From Paragordius varius (Eukaryota; Animalia; Nematomorpha): 64,000 nt of DNA. A program made the position numbers and the translations under genes. Below are positions 49,801 to 64,000 of this stretch, piece by piece; the first letter of the stretch is position 1; every line of letters begins with the position of its first letter. Location: the NCBI GenBank assembly GCA_964247055.1, contig OZ176053.1, positions 12,214,001 through 12,278,000 of the forward strand. Direction: 5' to 3'. The notes below the pieces were generated by a model, which saw only the letters and a list, made by a program, of their open reading frames with translations, made no database searches and was not told the DNA's origin.

Positions 49801-50819
49801 AAGGGGTTTATTTTGTATTATTTTAATTTTACCATTGCAGACATGTCACGTTGACTAAATTTTTTTTGGATTCTAGCTTCTAATATGTAAATCAAGTATT
49901 TTGAATAAAATTTTTTATATTTCGGTTTATTAATGTTATATAAGTAAAATTTTGCCAGGTTTCGATTCATTCCATATTTTTTAAATTTAATTTTAAACAG
50001 GCATGGGGTATCCAACTACCCCGATCTGAATCGAAGGACTAAAATTTGTATCCAAGTGTTAAAGAAGACTAAACACTCAATCAGTGTGCGCAGCACGCGG
50101 CCTGGGGCATCATGAGGCCCTCCGATATAAATGCTAAGCTCGCACAAAAATAAAAACCAAACATAACCAAAGTTTGGAAAATTATTTATAAAGCCCACGA
50201 AATTAATATTTCGAAAATGTTTTCTTAATTCACTCAGAGTTTCGGCAACAAACTAGCAAAATTCGTGAAATAAATAGTAGTTTTATTGCTTCTATTTATT
50301 TACAGTCTTATGACTAGAATCTAATAAATTTTGATAACATATTTTCAAATATGGGCCGCTTGATTTTTTAAGCCAATTCGGCCAGCGAAGCTATTTAAGC
50401 AACACTTAAATGCTATTAAATGCATTTAAATTTAAACACTTCCGAATATTTACATGCAAAATATACGATTGGAGTCTTAACCATCGCTACACGTCTTTGT
50501 TGTTGCTATCCCCCTCCCACCCCGAACGTTCTAAATAAATTTATTTTTTGCGCCTTTCTTTTCCGAATCGAAAATATATTATATAAATTATGATTTTCGA
50601 TTTTAAATGCTAAATATTTCTTAGTTGGCAATAAACTATTAAACTACCTTGAGAGCAATGCGCTCCATACCATCCATCAACACATTTGTTACGTATCCAT
50701 GATTCATCATCGGTTCCTAAATAAATTTTGACTAAAAATTCAAATATACTTATTTTTTCCACAGATAAGATAATTAAAATACATGGTAAAATGAGAACTA
50801 TTTGCGAAACCTTCAGCAT
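37882..50819 (-). CDS. Secreted multi-EGF-repeat protein with a C-terminal non-catalytic trypsin-like (S1) domain, ~546 aa
   Basis: Exons 50648-50819, 48316-48501, 47225-47314, 46489-46587, 45837-45929, 44940-45038, 44196-44409, 43655-43854, 43287-43466, 39071-39250, 37882-38009 sum to 1641 nt in frame. Signal peptide; 7-8 CxCxxGxYGxxC repeats on symmetric phase-1 exons; then CG...KIPR/IMNA...PLPW, CSGAIIDTQWILSLARC, RRLALAKI, HPICI, MAGWG, CLNEYGSLL, LVGLWFEGDENC, NVAKYRNWI*. Confidence 0.85.
38025..38288. mobile_element. MITE, TATACCATTTACA family (third copy)
   Basis: tataccatttacaattcaaattcccccttgaa... / ...ttcaagggagaatttgaactgtaaattgtttata; internal blocks match the 32520 copy. Confidence 0.75.
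39392..39698. mobile_element. Charlie/MER5-like hAT MITE
   Basis: Left TIR cagtggttcccaa, degenerate right end aaaaggttcgtgaccacg, and 8-bp flanks atctaacc / atttaacc (7/8 match). Confidence 0.65.
39863..43174 (-). mobile_element. Decayed hAT (Blackjack-like) transposon with rearranged, inverted internal structure
   Basis: 12-bp TIR taaggtgaccag / ctggtcacctta, flanks tttataga / tttataca (7/8), and subterminal cgggac repeats at 43096-43160. The minus-strand transposase remnant runs from 42667 (BED-like CLICEGEF...HMETQKH) through IGVGCAAHIIHNAIQ and LGYCKTR*LAF, with stops and frameshifts. Confidence 0.85.
40630..41110. mobile_element. Nested MITE / long inverted repeat inside the hAT remnant
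   Basis: ~40681-40805 is an imperfect reverse complement of ~40911-41050 (ttccacagtaaatcaagtgtggaca vs tgtccacacctgatttactgtggaa; atataatttgacaaatt vs aatttgtcaaattatat). Confidence 0.75.
45161..45433. mobile_element. Charlie-type hAT MITE
   Basis: TIR caggggtgtcc / ggacaccactg with 8-bp flanks cttcagag / ctttagag (7/8), resembling the NTCTAGAN target preference of Charlie elements. Confidence 0.8.
48981..49279. mobile_element. Degenerate hAT MITE
   Basis: ggggtggccaacacgcggtcc at the left end and gcggcccc...aaacaccccgg at the right end, resembling the hAT MITE termini at 45161 and 50082. Confidence 0.45.
49584..50062 (-). mobile_element. TTAA-flanked MITE, truncated copy, inverted relative to 51372-51950
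   Basis: Its reverse complement aligns along ~480 bp with 51372-51873. Confidence 0.8.
50082..50407. mobile_element. Degenerate hAT MITE
   Basis: cagtgtgcgcagcacgcggcc at the left end and ggccgc...cggcc...gcaacact at the right end. No target-site duplication recognised. Confidence 0.4.
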
Positions 50820-51371
50820 TTAGTTTACAGGATCAATTTTATATTTAAATAAAAGGTTTAATCTTTCCAAATTTATAATACTTAATCAGCAATTAGAGTG
50901 TACATTACAAGTTCAAAAGGGTCAGTAACTTGTAAAAAAAATTTAAGAAATGTTTTTTTCGATTAAATCATGCACCTTAGTTGCGAAGGTGGGATAGCCT
51001 ATATGAAATATAATTCAATTTGCAATAAATATATATTTTTCAATTAATTTGGAATCTCAATTTTTTGTCTTTTATTTAAAAATTTATAATACAGATTTTG
51101 CACCTCATAATTGATGGTTAAACAAATTTTATTATCCTAATGAATATTAAAATTGTTTGTTTCCTAACTTTTGAAAATAATCAATGTCGTAACGCTATTG
51201 TAAGACATATAAATTATGTCAAGTTTAAAATTGGAGCATCTTAAACCAAACTCAGCAATACGGTTTAATATGACTTATAATTCTACATTAAAATATAAAT
51301 GGGGTCAAGACTTAATTAATGAAAATTTTATCAAGTATTCATTTACCGATGCCACCATATTCAGAACTTTA

Positions 51372-51950
51372 TTAACACTTGGATACAACACATTCATTTT
51401 AGTCCTTCGATTTAAATTGGGGTAGTTGGATATCCCTGGCCTGTTTAAAATTAAATTCATTAAAAAATATGGAAGCAATCGAAACCATGGCAAAATTTTA
51501 CACTTATATAACATTAATAAACCGAAATATATAAAAAAATTATTCAAAGATACTTGATAATACTTATTTTATGCTAAAACCGAAAGGTAAAAATTTAGTT
51601 AACTTGACATGTGTGCGATGGCAAAATTGAAAAATAATACATAATAAACCGCTTTTTCTATTTCTAATGTTAGATGTAATAAAAATAAAAAATTAGCTAT
51701 AATTTTACTATTAATATTAAAGAGGACGATTTTTTGCAAAAAAATTTTAAAATAAAAATGGCGTCCAAGTAGTTTGACATGGAACTTTTTTAAAAACAAA
51801 ATATTCAGATATTTTCGCATATTTATATAATTTTTATTAGGATAGAAGCATAAACTTAAATTGGGACCGTTTCCTTCAGTAGTTTTATAAAAATCCTAAC
51901 CTATATTTATCTGGGGTATTTAGATACCCTAATTTGAATCGAAGTGTTAA
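51372..51950 (+). mobile_element. TTAA-flanked (piggyBac-like) MITE, apparently full length
   Basis: Ends ttaacacttggat... and ...gaatcgaagtgttaa (TTAA plus a CACTT-GAT TIR). Related copies at 36144 and 49584. Confidence 0.75.
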
Positions 51951-53116
51951 CATCAAAATATACATTTATTCGCTTGTTCTATGCGTAATCAAAGTGCTAA
52001 AAATAAAATGATAAAAAGTGTGAGATTAGAATAATAATCTACATAGATGTTATTATCCAAGGAGGCTGAAGATTACAAACAAATTTGGCCTCTTCTTAAA
52101 ACTATTTAGATATTCAAAAATTTGCTATAGGAATAAAACTACCATAAAATTTAATAAAATGCTAAGATATAAATAACTGTAAAACTATAGAAATAATTAT
52201 CTCAGTATAATTTGCCATTAACATATTTAGAAAATCGCCAAAAGCTGAAAACCCCCAATACGAATTTGACACAAGGGGAAGTGTATTCGGAATTTCGCAG
52301 AAAAGACAAATACATAATCAGTTTCACTGACTAATAGATATTGTGTCATTAGTCCATTTTCTAAGGCTACTGCAGAAAAAAACGCTATCCTATATTATAT
52401 ATGATGATCTTATTCATTTATATTTTGTTAAAATTAGTGTCTTATTCTTTTGTTCAATATAACGTTCTTTTATATAATACCGTTTTTCCTTTAAGTTAAT
52501 GCCACTAAACAATTTAAAAAATTGTGAGCAAACATATATAACACTCCATCTTTTGGGGAAGTCTTATACAGATCAATTTATTTAGAAATTATTTAGGGTA
52601 TTAAGCTGAAATTAAAAATAGGCTTTCTTTAGCCTAATGAGGAATCGTAAAAAAATCCCAACTTTTTTCCCACCGTTTTTACTATAATTTTTATATCGCT
52701 AATGCAACTGGCTAATAAATATATTATGGCTATAAAATGTAAATAATTTAACTTTAACAGCTGCATTCTATTAGCAAAAGCTTAAATTATTTTAATTTTA
52801 ACATCAGCTCGTTTTAATCGTGCTTAGAATATGTCCCAATTTTAGACTCTAGAAATCACAAAACTGTAAAAAAATATAGGTATTTTATCTAATACATGAG
52901 AACAATGTACAATTGAATTTTGATTAAAATAACCTTTTAAATTTATTTACAAAATTGAGTTCTTGGGTTTAAAACTACCCCAAAACACACTAGGACAAAC
53001 AAGTGAAAAAAGGTAATAAATTATTAATGTTTTTTTTTCGTGATTATAATTAATCTGACCATATGACTCGACATGAGAAATTTTTTCGGTAGCAGTTTTT
53101 TTAAAAAGAAAACATA

Positions 53117-64000
<10,884 letters not shown>

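Noticed and set aside
44196-50819. MEGF10/11 (Draper/CED-1) orthologue
   Set aside because: The EGF repeats are similar, but there is no EMI domain, transmembrane helix or NPxY tail, and the frame continues into a trypsin-like domain.
49584-51950. A single composite transposon that captured the first exon
   Set aside because: The 51372-51950 copy has its own TTAA-bounded ends and a third solo copy exists at 36144, so these are independent MITE insertions.

Overview
This is very AT-rich, intron-containing eukaryotic (invertebrate animal) genomic DNA, so the ORF track mostly shows exon fragments. I reconstructed seven spliced genes by hand from GT-AG junctions and reading-frame continuity. In order: (1) the 3' part of an SLC5A sodium:solute symporter (+, 1-3118); (2) an unrecognised secreted Cys-containing protein (+, 5040-7367); (3) eIF3f (-, 8268-10632); (4) an Evi1/MECOM/hamlet-type zinc-finger gene (-, 15225-17713); (5) atypical PKC (-, 26105-35408); (6) a secreted EGF-repeat protein fused to a catalytically dead trypsin domain (-, 37882-50819); (7) the 5' part of liprin-alpha (+, 53117 to the window end). 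Introns carry a near-intact RTE/BovB-like LINE, two inverted-repeat hAT derivatives and several MITE families. The most striking signal is five GT-AG micro-introns of 22-28 nt in eIF3f and aPKC. Each is required by conserved protein sequence and each contains an in-frame stop, yet they coexist with multi-kb transposon-filled introns. I saw no rRNA, tRNA, CRISPR array or prokaryotic system. The species cannot be identified from the sequence alone. All family assignments come from recalled motifs, not database searches.
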